NCBI RefSeq assembly: GCF_006345805.1
Contig: NW_021832392.1
Location: 1-64,000, forward strand
Length of the DNA stretch: 64,000 bases
Source: Octopus sinensis
Lineage: Eukaryota
Reading direction: 5' to 3'
How positions within the stretch are numbered: position 1 is the stretch's first letter; each line of letters begins with the position of its first letter. The translations under genes were made by a program, and so were the position numbers. Below are positions 1 to 12,657 of this stretch, piece by piece. The notes under the pieces are model-generated. The model was not told where the DNA came from and did not search any database. It was given only the letters and a program-made list of their open reading frames with translations.

Positions 1-760
1 GCCGTGAGGAACAGCTTGCTCCCCATGGCGATCCCTCCTTCAAATGGCTCAGAGCGCATCCTCACTCTTGGCCTTGCAACATCAACGGGAAGGTAAACAT
101 AATTAGTGCTTATGCCCCAACATTCCACTCTCCTCAGAAAATAAAAGACCGGGTCTATGAGGAGCTCGGCGCCACCATCAGCCAGATACCAGGGTCGGAG
201 CCCATCTTCCTTCTGGGCGACTTCAACGCAAGGGTGGGATGATTCGATCATGGGGCATGGCCAGACTGCCTTGGACGCTTTGGCGTGGGGAAGATGAATG
301 AGAATGGCCAGAGACTGTTGGAGCTTTGCTCTTACCGGAAACTCTGCGTTACCAACACATTCTTCACGACTAAGCCACAACACCGGGTCTCATGGAGGCC
401 CCAAGGTCCGGACACTGGCACCAACTGGACACATGGTCATCACCCGCGCGAGCCACCTCGGCAGTGTGCTTCTCACACGCAGCTACCATGGTGCTGACTG
501 TGATACAGACCACTCTCTGGTGTGCAGTAGGGTCCGATTGGCCCCAAAGAAAATCCGCCGTCCCGTAGGGAAAAGCCGCCCACGCATCAACACCGCCAGG
601 ACAACCAACCCCGACCTCCGCTCGGAATTCACCAACCGCATGGAGGAGGCCCTTAAAGATCACGCAGCCACGTCCATCGAGGAGAGATGGCAGCTTATTC
701 GCGACACCACTTGCAGAATAGTCATGTCATCCCTAGGAAAGAGGGAGCGGAGAAATCAAG
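1..760 (+). mobile_element. RTE-clade LINE fragment (AP-endonuclease region); paralog of 33994-34753, running off the window's left edge
   Basis: Near-identical to 33994-34753, including the same in-frame TGA (VG*FDH). Encodes GKMNENGQRLLELC and YHGADCDTDHSLV (APE motifs). Ends abruptly at TCAAG (756-760). Confidence 0.93.
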
Positions 761-1680
761 CGATGTTGGAGGGTGAGGGGAAACAGACACACACACTCAC
801 ACACACATATATGTATACATTTATATACGATGGGCTTCTTTCAGTTTCCATCAACCAAATCTATTCATACATACACACACACATGTGTGTTTTCATTTCT
901 GTGTCTGCGTGCGCGCGTGTTTCCAGTTCATTACTTGTACGTGTGTTGTGTGTGTGTGTGTGTGTGTGTGCGCTAGTGTATGCGTGTGAGCGTGTGTGTG
1001 TGAGTGTGTAACTGTGTATTTTCCTTTTTTGTGTGTGTGTCTGTGGTGTTTGTCCGTATGCATGTGTGCATGTGTGAGTGTGAGTGTGTGTGAGTATTTT
1101 CATTTCAGTGTGTATGTGTGACTGTTTTTATTTATGTGTGCGTGTGTATTTTCGTTTCTGTGTGTGAGTGTTTCAGTGTGTAACTGTGCATTTTCAATTT
1201 TGTGTGTGTATGCTTGTGGGCGTTTGTGTGTGTGTCGTTACGCACGCACTGGTGTCGAAAGGAACAAACGCACACATACACACACACAATTGAAAATACA
1301 GTCACACACGCACACACCTTTTCCCTGAGTTGCTTAGCAACGGGTAATAATAGAGAAGAATAGTTTTATATTGAGAGAGAGAGAGAAACTTATATGTTGT
1401 ATAGTGAGTTAAATACAGACAGACAGACAGACAGACAGAGAGAGGTAGACAGAGAGAGAGGGGTAGACAGAGAGAGAGAAGAAGGCCTTAAGTACTGATG
1501 AAATTAAATGGCGTGAGTGGGGTGGGTCAGCAAAAGATACAGAAAATTCAGGTATCCTGTCAACAGAAACTTTGCATTTCCAATTCTGTCTCAGATACAA
1601 TCTAACTTTACAATGGCAAACGAAATGAAATGTATATTTCAAGTCAGCGATAATCGGAAGATTTTAAAAATACACGCAGA

Positions 1681-1714
<34 letters not shown>

Positions 1715-2220
1715 ACACGCACACACGCACACACACACACACACAACACACACACACACTGTTGAAAATACAGTCACACACGCACACACCTTTTCCCTGA
1801 GTTGCTTAGCAACGGGTAATAATAGAGAAAAATAGTTTTATATTGACAGAGAGAGAAACTCATATGTTATATAGTGAGTTAAATACAGACAGAGAGAGAG
1901 TGTAAAAGACAGAGAGAGAGAGAGAGAGAGAGACAAACAGACAGAGAGAAGAAGATCTTAAGTAACTTTCTGATGAAATTAAATGGAGTCGTTCAGTTTG
2001 TCTGCAAAAGATACAATCGAACGCTACAGTAGCTAAACCTCTTTCGCTTCATTTTTCGGTTACAAAACCAAATGTCTATTTCATATGTCACCAAAAATCG
2101 GAAGATTTTAAAGATACACGCAGACAAACACACACACAGACACACACACGCACGCGCACACGCACACGCACACACACACACAAACACACACACACATACA
2201 TACATACATACATACATACA

Positions 2221-2251
<31 letters not shown>

Positions 2252-2330
2252 GTATATATATTTCAAAATAGAAAATTACCCTTTAACATGCAATTTTAAC
2301 ATGCTAGAAATAGCAGCAAAGATTGCTACG
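760..2330. repeat. Composite repeat block X, copy 1 (SINE-tail remnant + TG/CA/GA microsatellites + two unique spacer subunits)
   Basis: Diagnostic strings 'ttagcaacgggtaataatagagaa', 'ctgatgaaattaaatggcgtgag' and 'aatcggaagattttaaa' recur at ~11.5, 24.1, 27.8, 31.6 (partial) and 37.6 kb. Confidence 0.9.
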
Positions 2331-2412
2331 ATCCATTATTTTCTGGCAAATTTTGAAGTCCATGAAAAATAAAGACCTTTATCTTTTTATATATGTATAT
2401 ATATACATCTAC

Positions 2413-2443
<31 letters not shown>

Positions 2444-2559
2444 TATGTATAGATATATAGATATATAGATATATAAATATATAGATATATAGATATATAT
2501 ATATATATATATATAAATACATAAAATATATAAATATATAATATATAATAAATATATAT

Positions 2560-2626
<67 letters not shown>

Positions 2627-2648
2627 ATATATATATACACATTATATA

Positions 2649-2930
2649 GGCGCAGGAGTGGCTGTGTGGTAAGTAGCTTGTCTACCAACCACATGGTTGC
2701 GGGTTCAGTCCCACTGAGTGTGTATTTGTGTGTCTGTGTTTGTCCCCTAGCATTGCTTGACAACCGATGCTGGTGTGCTTATGTCCCCGATCGGCAAGAG
2801 AGACCGATAGAATAAGTACTGGGATTGCAAAAGAATAAGTCCCGGGGTCGAGTTGCTCGACTAATGGCGGTGCTCCAGCATGGCCGCAGTCAAATGACTG
2901 AAACAAGTAAAAGAAAAGAATAAAAGAATA
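2649..2930 (+). mobile_element. tRNA-derived SINE (family A), internally deleted
   Basis: A-box-like TGGCTGTGTGG, B-box-like GGTTCAGTCCC, then 3' tail ggcggtgctccagcatggccgcagtcaaatgactgaaac and an (AAAAG) tail. The central domain present in other copies is missing. The same deleted form occurs at 13351 and 39543. Confidence 0.85.
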
Positions 2931-3213
2931 TATATATGTACCAGTTTCGCACTAGGGTCGATGTAATCGACTTAATCCCTTTGTCTGTCCTTGTTTGTCC
3001 CCTCTATGTTTAGCCCCTTGTGGGTAGTAAATATATAGATATATAGATATTTCAAAATAGAAAATTACGCTTTAACAGGTAATTTCTACATGCTAGAAGT
3101 AGCAGCAAAATCTTGGCACGATCCATTATTTTCTGGCATTTATACATACATATATTTTTATACTTATTTACGTGTATATATACACGTGTTAGCATATATA
3201 TATATCTATCTAT

Positions 3214-3246
<33 letters not shown>

Positions 3247-3333
3247 TATGTGTGTGTGTGAGTCTGTATATATGTATGAATGTGTGTATGTATGCATGTA
3301 TCTATCTATCTATCTAACTATCTATCAATCTAT

Positions 3334-3387
<54 letters not shown>

Positions 3388-3774
3388 ATATATTGTACGT
3401 GTATGTATTTGTGTCTAAGCATATATATATGCACATGTATATGCATTTATACAGATATATATGCACGCACATGTATATATATATACATACATACACACAC
3501 ATATACGCGCACATACAAACACACAAATATATATATATACATTTATACATACATACAAACATATATACATGCATACATACATATGTGCATACACATACAC
3601 ATACACACACACACATATATATTTATAATACACACACATGTATAAATGCACATTTAGAAACACATTCATACACACGGCGTATGTAGATGTATGTATGAAT
3701 GTATGTATTCTTAGAAATATGTTACATATACACACACGTTTATATATATGTACACACATACGTACATACATATC

Positions 3775-3844
<70 letters not shown>

Positions 3845-3877
3845 TACGTAAATACATATCTATATGTATGTATATAT

Positions 3878-4088
3878 TACTCTTTTACTCTTTTACTTGT
3901 TTCAGTCATTTGACTACGGCCAAGCTGGAGCACCGCCTTTAGTCGAGCAACTCGACCCCGGGACTTATTCTTTGTAAGCTTAGTACTTATTCTATCGGTA
4001 TCTTTTGCCGAACCGCTAAGTGACGGGGACGTAAACACACCAGCATCGGTCGTCGAGCAATGTTAGGGGGACAAACACAGACACACAA

Positions 4089-4125
<37 letters not shown>

Positions 4126-4296
4126 CATATATACGACAGGCTTCTTTCAGTTTCCGTCTACCAAATCCACTCACAAGACATTGGTCGGCCCGGGGCTATA
4201 GCAGAAGACACTTGCCCAAGATGCCACGCAGTGGGACTGAACCCGGAACCATGTGGCTGGTTAGCAAGCTACTTACCACACAGCCACTCCTGCGAC
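3878..4296 (-). mobile_element. tRNA-derived SINE (family A), full length
   Basis: Reverse strand: head with A/B boxes, central 'ttgggcaagtgtctt' (CORE-like) region, internal microsatellite, 3' tail and (AAAAGAGT) repeats. Confidence 0.88.
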
Positions 4297-4420
4297 TATA
4301 TTCATTTTTCTGCATTTAACACAGCTGAGACGCCGTACACTCACACATGTATGTGCATATATACACATAAATATATATGTTTATATATGCAATAGAAATA
4401 TGCACGCATATGTATGTATA

Positions 4421-4502
<82 letters not shown>

Positions 4503-4612
4503 GATATGTATGAACGTATGTGTGTACATATATATAAACGTGTGTGTATATGTAACATATTTCTAAGAATAGATACATTCATACATACATCTACATATAT
4601 ATATATATGTAG

Positions 4613-4986
4613 ACGGAGAACCCGGGGAAGAGGTAGAGGGAGGAAGAAGAACTAAAAGAAGGACTGAAAGAGCTAAAGGAAGAGCTCAAGCAGGACCAAA
4701 GGGTGAAACAACCAGGAATGGAAGTGGAACTGCAAAGGATGGAAACAAACAGCGCCGACGGGTGTGTAGGTTCTACCTGAGAGGTACCTGCTGGCATGGA
4801 AAGGAAGGTGCAGGCTGCCGCTTTGCACATCGGGGACCCTGCCGCAGAGACACGAGGCAGATGGACAAGCCATCAACACAAGGAAAAGGGAAGGTCCACG
4901 CACCACCTGCCTCAAAGCGGAGGTACGCAGATGTTGTGCGTGCCACAAACCGCAAACATGATGTTGTTAAAAAGGGCAGCTGCTGA
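4613..4986 (+). pseudogene. LINE ORF1 C-terminal remnant with CCCH-like zinc finger
   Basis: Open frame encodes CRFYLRGTCWHGKEGAGCRFAH (C-x7-C-x8-C-x3-H) upstream of ORF2. Confidence 0.65.
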
Positions 4987-5109
4987 GCAGCAATCTTTTT
5001 TGTGCATGGCACAAAAGATTGTACAGCAGCTGACCTGGCTTCATCAAACCCAAGCCCGCAGGTGGGACTACCCACTATATACAAGACCACCACAGCAAAC
5101 AGACCCAGG

Positions 5110-8101
5110 ATGGACACCGCCGGCAACAACATACACCTCACCTCGATGCTCCTACTGAACATCAGAGGGCTGCAAACACTCAGTAACAGGACAAAGATCC
5201 CGTTCTTGAGAGACTTTGTTGCATGCAATCAAGTTTATGCATAGCACTTGCAGAAACGCACCTGAAACCGGACATAGCAGATGCGGAGTTACACATACCA
5301 CAGTATGTTGTACTACGGACCGACAGAAAAGAAAGGAGTCATGGAGGAGTTGCTATGTACATCCGTGAGGACCTCACACCCCAGGTCCTCTTGTCATACT
5401 CAAACTCGGTGTGTGACACACTAATTGTACATATAAGGCAACTTGATGTAGTTGTGTTGCTACATATCGCCCTCCAGATGCCCCAAGCCATGTGGGCAAG
5501 TTTGAAGACTGCCTTATAAAAATAGAAGTTCTAATCACATTAGAACAACACATAAGTGTACTTCTTATGGGAGACTTCAATCTACCCAATGTCAGATGGC
5601 CCGAGGGCCTTTCTCTCCCAGGAATGACAAGATGTGAACGAGGACAGGCGAGGTCCCTCCTGAACCTCATCAACACCCTGTACATGGAGCAAGTAATACT
5701 CCAACCAACCAGGGCAGGTAACACACTGGATCTCTACTTCACAAATAATATGGATCTCATCCATAATGTGAAAGTGACACCGACACTACTCTCGGATCAC
5801 AACATGGTAGAGCTGACCATGTACGGGCCAAAAGAAAGCACGGACATGCAGCCTACAAGAAACCCTCAGAATCTTTCCAGCTTGAACTACCATAAGGCAA
5901 ACTGGAAACAAATTGAGAAAGAGATCCTCAAACAAAACTGGCCTAAATGTCTCTCCTCGCCAGACATCGACGTGAAACTTCAACAATTCATGTCTGTGAC
6001 GCAAGCCATATGCTACAAATGTGTCCCAGAGAGAAAGGCCACTGTACACAAGAACAAAATCCCCAGAGAGAGGAAAATCTTAATGAGACGGCGTACAAAA
6101 ATTTCAAATCGCCTAAACAAACAGATTGAAAGCAGTGAAAAGTCCCGCCTGAAAATAAAACTGTTGGAAATTGAAAAATGTCTGCAACTCTCCCATGAAA
6201 AGGAAAGAGCAGACAAAGAAGCCTGGACTATAGACAACATAAAATCTAACCCCAGAGCTTTCTACAGGTATGCCAAAGAAACAGCTACGGTGCACTGTAG
6301 GATAGGGCCACTCCTTGAAGAGGATGGTACACTCACAGGAAAACCAATGAGGGTAAGTGAAATACTGAATGAGCAATTCAAGAGTGTTTTCATTCCACCC
6401 CTCGGGCATTTCCAAATCACCAATCCAACTGACTTCTTTACCACTGCAGATATAAAATCAGAGGCGGCGACGATAAATTACATCGATATAAAGGAAGACG
6501 ATGTAATAAAGGCCATAGATGAAATGAAAACAGAATCAGCTATTGGCCCCGATGGATTCCCGGCAATCCTCCTAAAAGTATGTAAGAGAGTCCTAGCAAG
6601 ACCACTGCAGATCCTCTTTCAGAGCTTCCTAGCAGCTGGCAAACTTCCAAAAAAACTGAAGGAAGGTAAAATATGTCCTATTCATAAAGGTGGTAGCAGA
6701 GCAGAGGCCAAGAACTACAGACCTATCTCTCTCACCTCACACATCAGCAAGGTCATGGAACGAATAGTCAGAAGGAAACTAATCACCTTCCTTGAAGAAA
6801 ATGACTTGCTGCCTGACACCCAACATGGTTTCCGACCAGGAAGAAGCTGTTTAGCTCAGCTCCTACAACACTATGACTGGGTGCTGAAACAACTGCTCAA
6901 CCACTCAAATGTGGAAGTCATATATCTCGACTTTGCAAAGGCCTTTGATAAAGTCGATCATGGAATGATATGTCACAAACTGCGTGATCTTGGCATAGTT
7001 GGAAAATTGGGAGAATGGCTTCATGACTTTCTGAAGAATAGAAGTCAGGTGGTAGCAGCCAATGAGGCCACTTCCATTAACACACAAATAGTGAGCGGTG
7101 TTCCGCAGGGCACTGTTTTGGGACCACTACTGTTCATAATGGCCCTCTCAGACATGCCCTCAGCCACGCAGAGAGCCACGATCACAAGTTATGCAGATGA
7201 TACAAAAGTTTCACAGGCAATACAGAACCCTGAAGACGCTAAGCACCTGCAATGTGAGCTGGACGAAATATACAAGTGGGCTGAAAAGAATAGCATGCAG
7301 TTCAATGCTGAAAAGTTTCAAGCTTTATACTATCAGCATGCAAAACTAAATGCAATACCCAATGAATACACTGGACCCGGAGGAATAGCAATCCCAGAGG
7401 CACAATCAGTGCGTGACCTGGGTATTTACGTGAGTGATGACGCAACCTTTCGTGTTCATGTTGCTAAATTGGCAATGAAATGTAGACGGCTGGCCGGATG
7501 GATTCTCAGAACCTTTAGAACAAGAGAACAAGAAACCATGATGGTCCTCTGGAGGACACTTGTCCTAAGCCACTTTGACTATTGCTCTTAGTTATTATCA
7601 ACATCCAGTGTCAAGTTGATCACAGAGCTCGAGGCGATCCAGCGTAGCTACACGAAGAAGATAGCCTCTATGCAGAATGTAAGCTACTGGGAAAGACTCA
7701 AGAGATTAAAACTATATTCCTTGGAGCGTAGGCGGGGAAGATATGCCATAATATACATCTGGAAGATCCTGGAGGGACGTGTCCCAAACTTTGGCATCGA
7801 GAGTTACACAAATGCCAGAACTGGGCGCCACTACGTGGTGCCTAGGACTCCAAATTTGCCATCAAGATGTAGGACACGATACTGTGATAGCCCGAGCTTC
7901 CGTGGCCCACAGCTCTTCAATATCCTCCCGAAGAACCTGAGAGACCTGCATGGGGTGGATGCAGATGTCTTTAAAATGGAACTGGATTTCTTCCTGTCAG
8001 GTGTCCCAGATGAACCAACTTCACGGCAGGAGGTGCAGATGAGGGCAGCTGCATCGAACTCTCTCATGCACCAAATGGCAGTTGCTAAAAAGCTTTCGTG
8101 A
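5110..8101 (+). pseudogene. LINE ORF2 (AP endonuclease + reverse transcriptase), disrupted
   Basis: LLLNIRGL, LAETHL, GDFNLP, LSDHN (APE); NYRPISL, QHGFR, YLDFAKAFDKV, GVPQG, YADD (RT); SLERRR in the C-terminus. Frameshifts near 5240, 5450 and 5520; in-frame TAG at 7589-7591. Confidence 0.93.
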
Positions 8102-8186
8102 AGTAAAACCAAGTAGCAACACCAAATGGCGGTGCCCCAGCATGGCCACAGCTCATGAGCTGAAACTAGAATCAATCAATCAATCA

Positions 8187-8246
<60 letters not shown>

Positions 8247-8345
8247 TATGTATATGTAGATGTATGTATGAATGTATCTATTCTTAGAAGTATGTTACAT
8301 ATACACACACGTTTATATATATGTACACACATACGTTCATACATA

Positions 8346-8412
<67 letters not shown>

Positions 8413-8441
8413 GTAAATACATATCTATATGTATGTATATA

Positions 8442-8649
8442 TTACTCTTTTACTCTTTTACTTGTTTCAGTCATTTTGACTGCGGCCAAGCTGGAGCACC
8501 GCCTTTAGTCGATCAAATCGACCCCGGGACTTATTCTTTGTAAGCTTAGTACTCATTCTATCGGTCTACTTTGCCGAACCGCTAAGTGACGTAAACACAC
8601 TAGCATCGGTTGTCAAGCAATGCTAGGAGGACAAACACAGACACAACAA

Positions 8650-8700
<51 letters not shown>

Positions 8701-8883
8701 TATATATATATATATATATACGACAGGCTTCTTTCAGTTTCCGTCTACCAAATCCACTCACAAGGCATTGGTCGGCCCGGGGCTATAGCGGAAGACACTT
8801 GCCCAAGATGCCACGCAGTGGGACTGAACCCGGAGCCATGTGGTTGGTTAGCAAGCTACTTACCACACAGCTACTCCTGCGCC
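8442..8883 (-). mobile_element. tRNA-derived SINE (family A), full length
   Basis: Same head/central/tail organisation as 3878-4296. This is the uninterrupted paralog of the SINE split by the Helitron at 15685. Confidence 0.88.
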
Positions 8884-8935
<52 letters not shown>

Positions 8936-8954
8936 ACATATACATATATATACA

Positions 8955-9350
8955 CTAGCAGTATCGCCCGGCGTTGCTCGGGTTTGTAAGGGAAATAATT
9001 ATATAAGCATTTTTAGAGATGTAAAGTATAATAGCCATCTCAATATGGCTAACCACAAAGGGGGCGGTGTTTACTGTTTCTTTTTAGACGTTCTGAGATT
9101 TAATAATAAATTTTAGAGAGTTACTTCCCTTATATATGTCAAAAATGGATTAAAAATAGGAAAAATTGATGGTAAATTTTTTTTTAAATCGTAGACTCAT
9201 CGTAGACGCGCGCTATTTCCCAGACGGGCTCGATATGAATCACGACTATAAGATACCCGGTTTTGGTTAAACTGCACCGCAAAATGTGGGAGTAGTTAGG
9301 AATCTAAATCGTAGGAGACAGACACACAACCTCACTTTTATATATAAAGA
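8955..9350 (-). mobile_element. Non-autonomous Helitron (~396 bp)
   Basis: Minus strand begins TC(TTTATATATA), ends with a GC hairpin (ccgagcaacgccgg region) and CTAG, and sits between A and T without a TSD. Confidence 0.85.
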
Positions 9351-9508
9351 TTTCCTCTATTTACATAATATTGAGGTCTCTTTCTTTCTTTTGTTATCTT
9401 ACTGTTTTTACCAATATACATATATATATATAAATATATATATAGTTACAGAGATGTACTTGCATAGCAAGTGACTTGATCTGAGATCGTGTGCTGGAGC
9501 GAAAACAG

Positions 9509-9767
9509 TTGCAGCGTTGAAGGTGTTTATAAGCCATTTAAGAAACACACAAAAACCGTTAGATTCACTTCAACATTTAAATTTAATTTGTCAAAATATT
9601 ATCGTCGCTTTGAGACCGCGACCTGTTAGCACGATATTTTTTTCAGTGAACAGGTCGCGGTCTCAAAGCGAGGAAAATATTTTGGCAAATTAAATTTAAA
9701 TGTTGAAGTGAATCTAACGGTTTTTGTGTGTTTCTTAAATGGCTTACAAACACCTTCCACGCTGCAA
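9509..9767. mobile_element. Fold-back/MITE-like palindrome (~119 bp arms, 21 nt loop)
   Basis: 9509-9627 is the near-perfect reverse complement of 9649-9767. A second copy lies at 50360-50618. Confidence 0.8.
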
Positions 9768-9785
9768 TATATATATACACACAAA

Positions 9786-9821
<36 letters not shown>

Positions 9822-9899
9822 TGTATGTATGTATGTATGTATGTATGTATGTATGTATGTGTGTATATGTGTATGCATGTATGTGTGTGTGTGTGCGTG

Positions 9900-10115
9900 T
9901 CTGTGCTTGTGATTGTCCTCCACCACTGCTTGACAACGAATGTTGGTTTGTTTACATCCCTGTCACCTAGTGGTTTGACAAAGGAAACAGATAGAATAAG
10001 TACAATGCTTACAAAAATAAAACTGGAGTTGATTCATTAAACTACAATTCTTTAAGGCATTGCCCCATCATGGCCACAGACCAATGGCTTGAAAAAGCAG
10101 AAGAATAAAAGAATA
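9900..10115 (+). mobile_element. Diverged SINE 3' tail
   Basis: gcttgacaac...gatagaataagtac...gccccatcatggccacagacc, homologous to the family A tail. Confidence 0.7.
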
Positions 10116-10169
10116 CATTCTCTGCTTTGGTCTTATGTTCAAGGCATGAGAAAGCTTGAGTTTACATGA

Positions 10170-10445
10170 GAAGGCCTAACAGACCTGGTATAAACAGCAG
10201 CCAAATCTCCCTCAAATCACACCTCATTGTCTTATGTATGTATATATATATGAGCCAATGAGGGGGACCTCTACATGGTAGCTAGACCTGGTAGAAATAG
10301 CAGCCAAATTTCCCCCAAATCACACCTTACTGTCTTATCTATGTATATATGTATGTATGAGCCTATGAGGGAGACCCCTACATGGCAGCTAGACATGGTA
10401 GAAATAGCAGCCAAATCTCCCTCAAATCACTCAAATCACATTACT
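10170..10445 (+). repeat. Three diverged ~110 bp tandem units with 'gaaatagcagccaaatctccctcaaatcac'
   Basis: Motif repeated at ~10190, 10297 and 10401. The core '(c)tagaaatagcagc' or its complement is dispersed throughout the window. Confidence 0.7.
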
Positions 10446-10456
10446 TATGTCTTATG

Positions 10457-10479
<23 letters not shown>

Positions 10480-10488
<9 letters not shown>

Positions 10489-10952
10489 CAAGCCACTACG
10501 GTTATTTAATGTAAAGTCTTCCTCAAATCACACTCTCGCTATTTACTCTCTTCCAAGAACATTTTCACTCACTCTTATCTGTTAGCTTCCCATACATTTT
10601 ACTCATGTATCTATCAGCGTCATAGACAGAAACAAATATTACATCGCCATCGCATTCTATTGTCTACCTGTCAACACACAGTGAATTAGTTTCAGTTTAT
10701 TCGTTACACACTGTGTGTGTGTGTTTGCGTGTGCTGTAACCCAAATTAAGAAAAGCATTTGACATATACACCAGAATGTGAGTTTTCTCTAAATTTTGCT
10801 TAATTGGGGTTGAAATTTTAAAAACCGGACCTGGCAAATACCGATGCATTCTACTCTTAAAAATGCTAGGTAAATTGTAATTGAAGAAATCCTATTGTAG
10901 ATTTTATAACTGACAAAGGAGGCAGATAAAATCTACCTTTTATAATAAGAGA
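10480..10952 (-). mobile_element. Possible Helitron 5' portion (second non-autonomous type)
   Basis: Minus strand starts A|TCTCTTATTATAAAAGG, typical of Helitron 5' termini. No adjacent CTAG end, so the left boundary is uncertain. Confidence 0.45.
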
Positions 10953-10984
10953 TAATATATACATATAATATATATACATATATA

Positions 10985-11135
10985 CGACAGGCTTCTTTCA
11001 GTTTCCGTCTACAAAATCCACTCACAAGGCATTGGTCGGCCCGGGGCTATAGCAGAAGACACTTGCCCAAGATGCCACGCAGTGGGACTGAACCCGGAGC
11101 CATGTGGCTGGTTAGCAAGCTACTTACCACACAGC
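10985..11135 (-). mobile_element. SINE family A head/central domain
   Basis: cgacaggcttctttcagtttcc...accacacagcc; paralog of 23552-23707. Confidence 0.8.
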
Positions 11136-11160
11136 CACCCCTAAGTCTATATATATATAC

Positions 11161-11204
<44 letters not shown>

Positions 11205-11263
11205 ATATATATAGATATATATATATATAATATATATATATATAATATATATATAATATAATC

Positions 11264-11303
<40 letters not shown>

Positions 11304-11364
11304 GTAAACATATACATATATATATACATAAACATATACATATATATATATATATATATGTTTT

Positions 11365-12382
11365 TATTTTCCTTGTTTCAGTCATCTGACTGTGGCCATG
11401 CTGGAGCACCGCCTTTAGTCGAGCAAATCGATCCCAAGACTTATTCTTTTCAAGCCTAGCGTTTCTTACCAAGCGGCTAATTGACGGGGATGTAAACACG
11501 CCAGCATCGGTTGTCAAGCGATGTTGAAGGGGGACAAACAGACACACACACTCACACACACACATATATGTATACATTTATATACGATGGGCTTCTTTCA
11601 GTTTCCATCTACAAAATCTATTCATAAATACACACACACACACACACACACACATATGTGTGCTTTCCTTTCTGTGTCTGCGTGCGCGCGTTTCCAGTTC
11701 ATTGCTTGTGCGTGTGCGTGTGTGTGTGCGCTCTAGTGTGTGCGTGTGAGTGTGTAACTGTGTATTTTCATTTGTGTGTGTGTGTGTGTGTGTGTGGTGT
11801 TTGTCTGTATGTATGTATGTGTGCGTGTGTGAGTGTGAGTGTGCGTGTGTATTTTCGTTTCTGTGTGCGAGTGTTTGAGTGTGTAACTGTGTTTTTTCAA
11901 TTTTGTGCGTTTATGTTTGTGGAGGTTTGTGTGTGTATCGTTACGCACGCACGCACTGGTGTCGAAAGGCACAAACGCACACATACACACACACAATTGA
12001 AAACACAATCACACACGCACACACCTTTTCCCTGAGTTGCTTAGCAACGGGTAATAATAGAGAAGAATAGTTTTATATTGAGAGGGAGAGAGAAACTTAT
12101 ATGTTGTATAGTGAGTTAAATACAGACAGACAGACAGACAGAGAGAGGTAGACAGAGAGAGAGGGGTAGACAGAGAGAGAGAAGAAGGCCTTAAGTACTG
12201 ATGAAATTAAATGGCGTGAGTGGGTGGGTCAGCAAAAGATACAGAAAATTCAGGTATCCTGTCAACAGAAACTTTGCATTTCCAATTCTGTCTCAGATAC
12301 AATCTAACTTTACAATGGCAAACGAAATGAAATGTATATTTCAAGTCAGCGATAATCGGAAGATTTTAAAAATACACGCAGA

Positions 12383-12422
<40 letters not shown>

Positions 12423-12439
12423 CACACACACGCACGCAC

Positions 12440-12471
<32 letters not shown>

Positions 12472-12622
12472 TGTTGAAAATACAGTCACACACGCACACA
12501 CCTTTTCCCTGAGTTGCTTAGCAACGGGTAATAATAGAGAAAAATAGTTTTATATTCATAGAGAGAGAAACTCATATGTTAGATAGTGAGTTAAATACAG
12601 ACAGAGAGAGAGCGTAAAAGAC

Positions 12623-12657
<35 letters not shown>

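Larger units (their letters stand above)
4610..8190 (+). mobile_element. APE/RT non-LTR retrotransposon (CR1/L2-group; exact clade unresolved), 5'-truncated within ORF1, with (AATC)n tail
   Basis: ORF1 remnant with a CCCH-like motif, ORF2 with APE and RT motifs, 3' UTR stem-loop and an aatc x5 tail. Both ends lie in (TA)n. Confidence 0.95.

Noticed and set aside
380-460. Extra frameshifts in RTE copy 1 as evidence of faster decay
   Set aside because: These are single-base indels or swaps in short C/G runs, indistinguishable from sequencing error without reads.
2649-2720. tRNA genes at SINE heads
   Set aside because: A/B boxes are present, but there is no complete cloverleaf and each head continues into SINE body.
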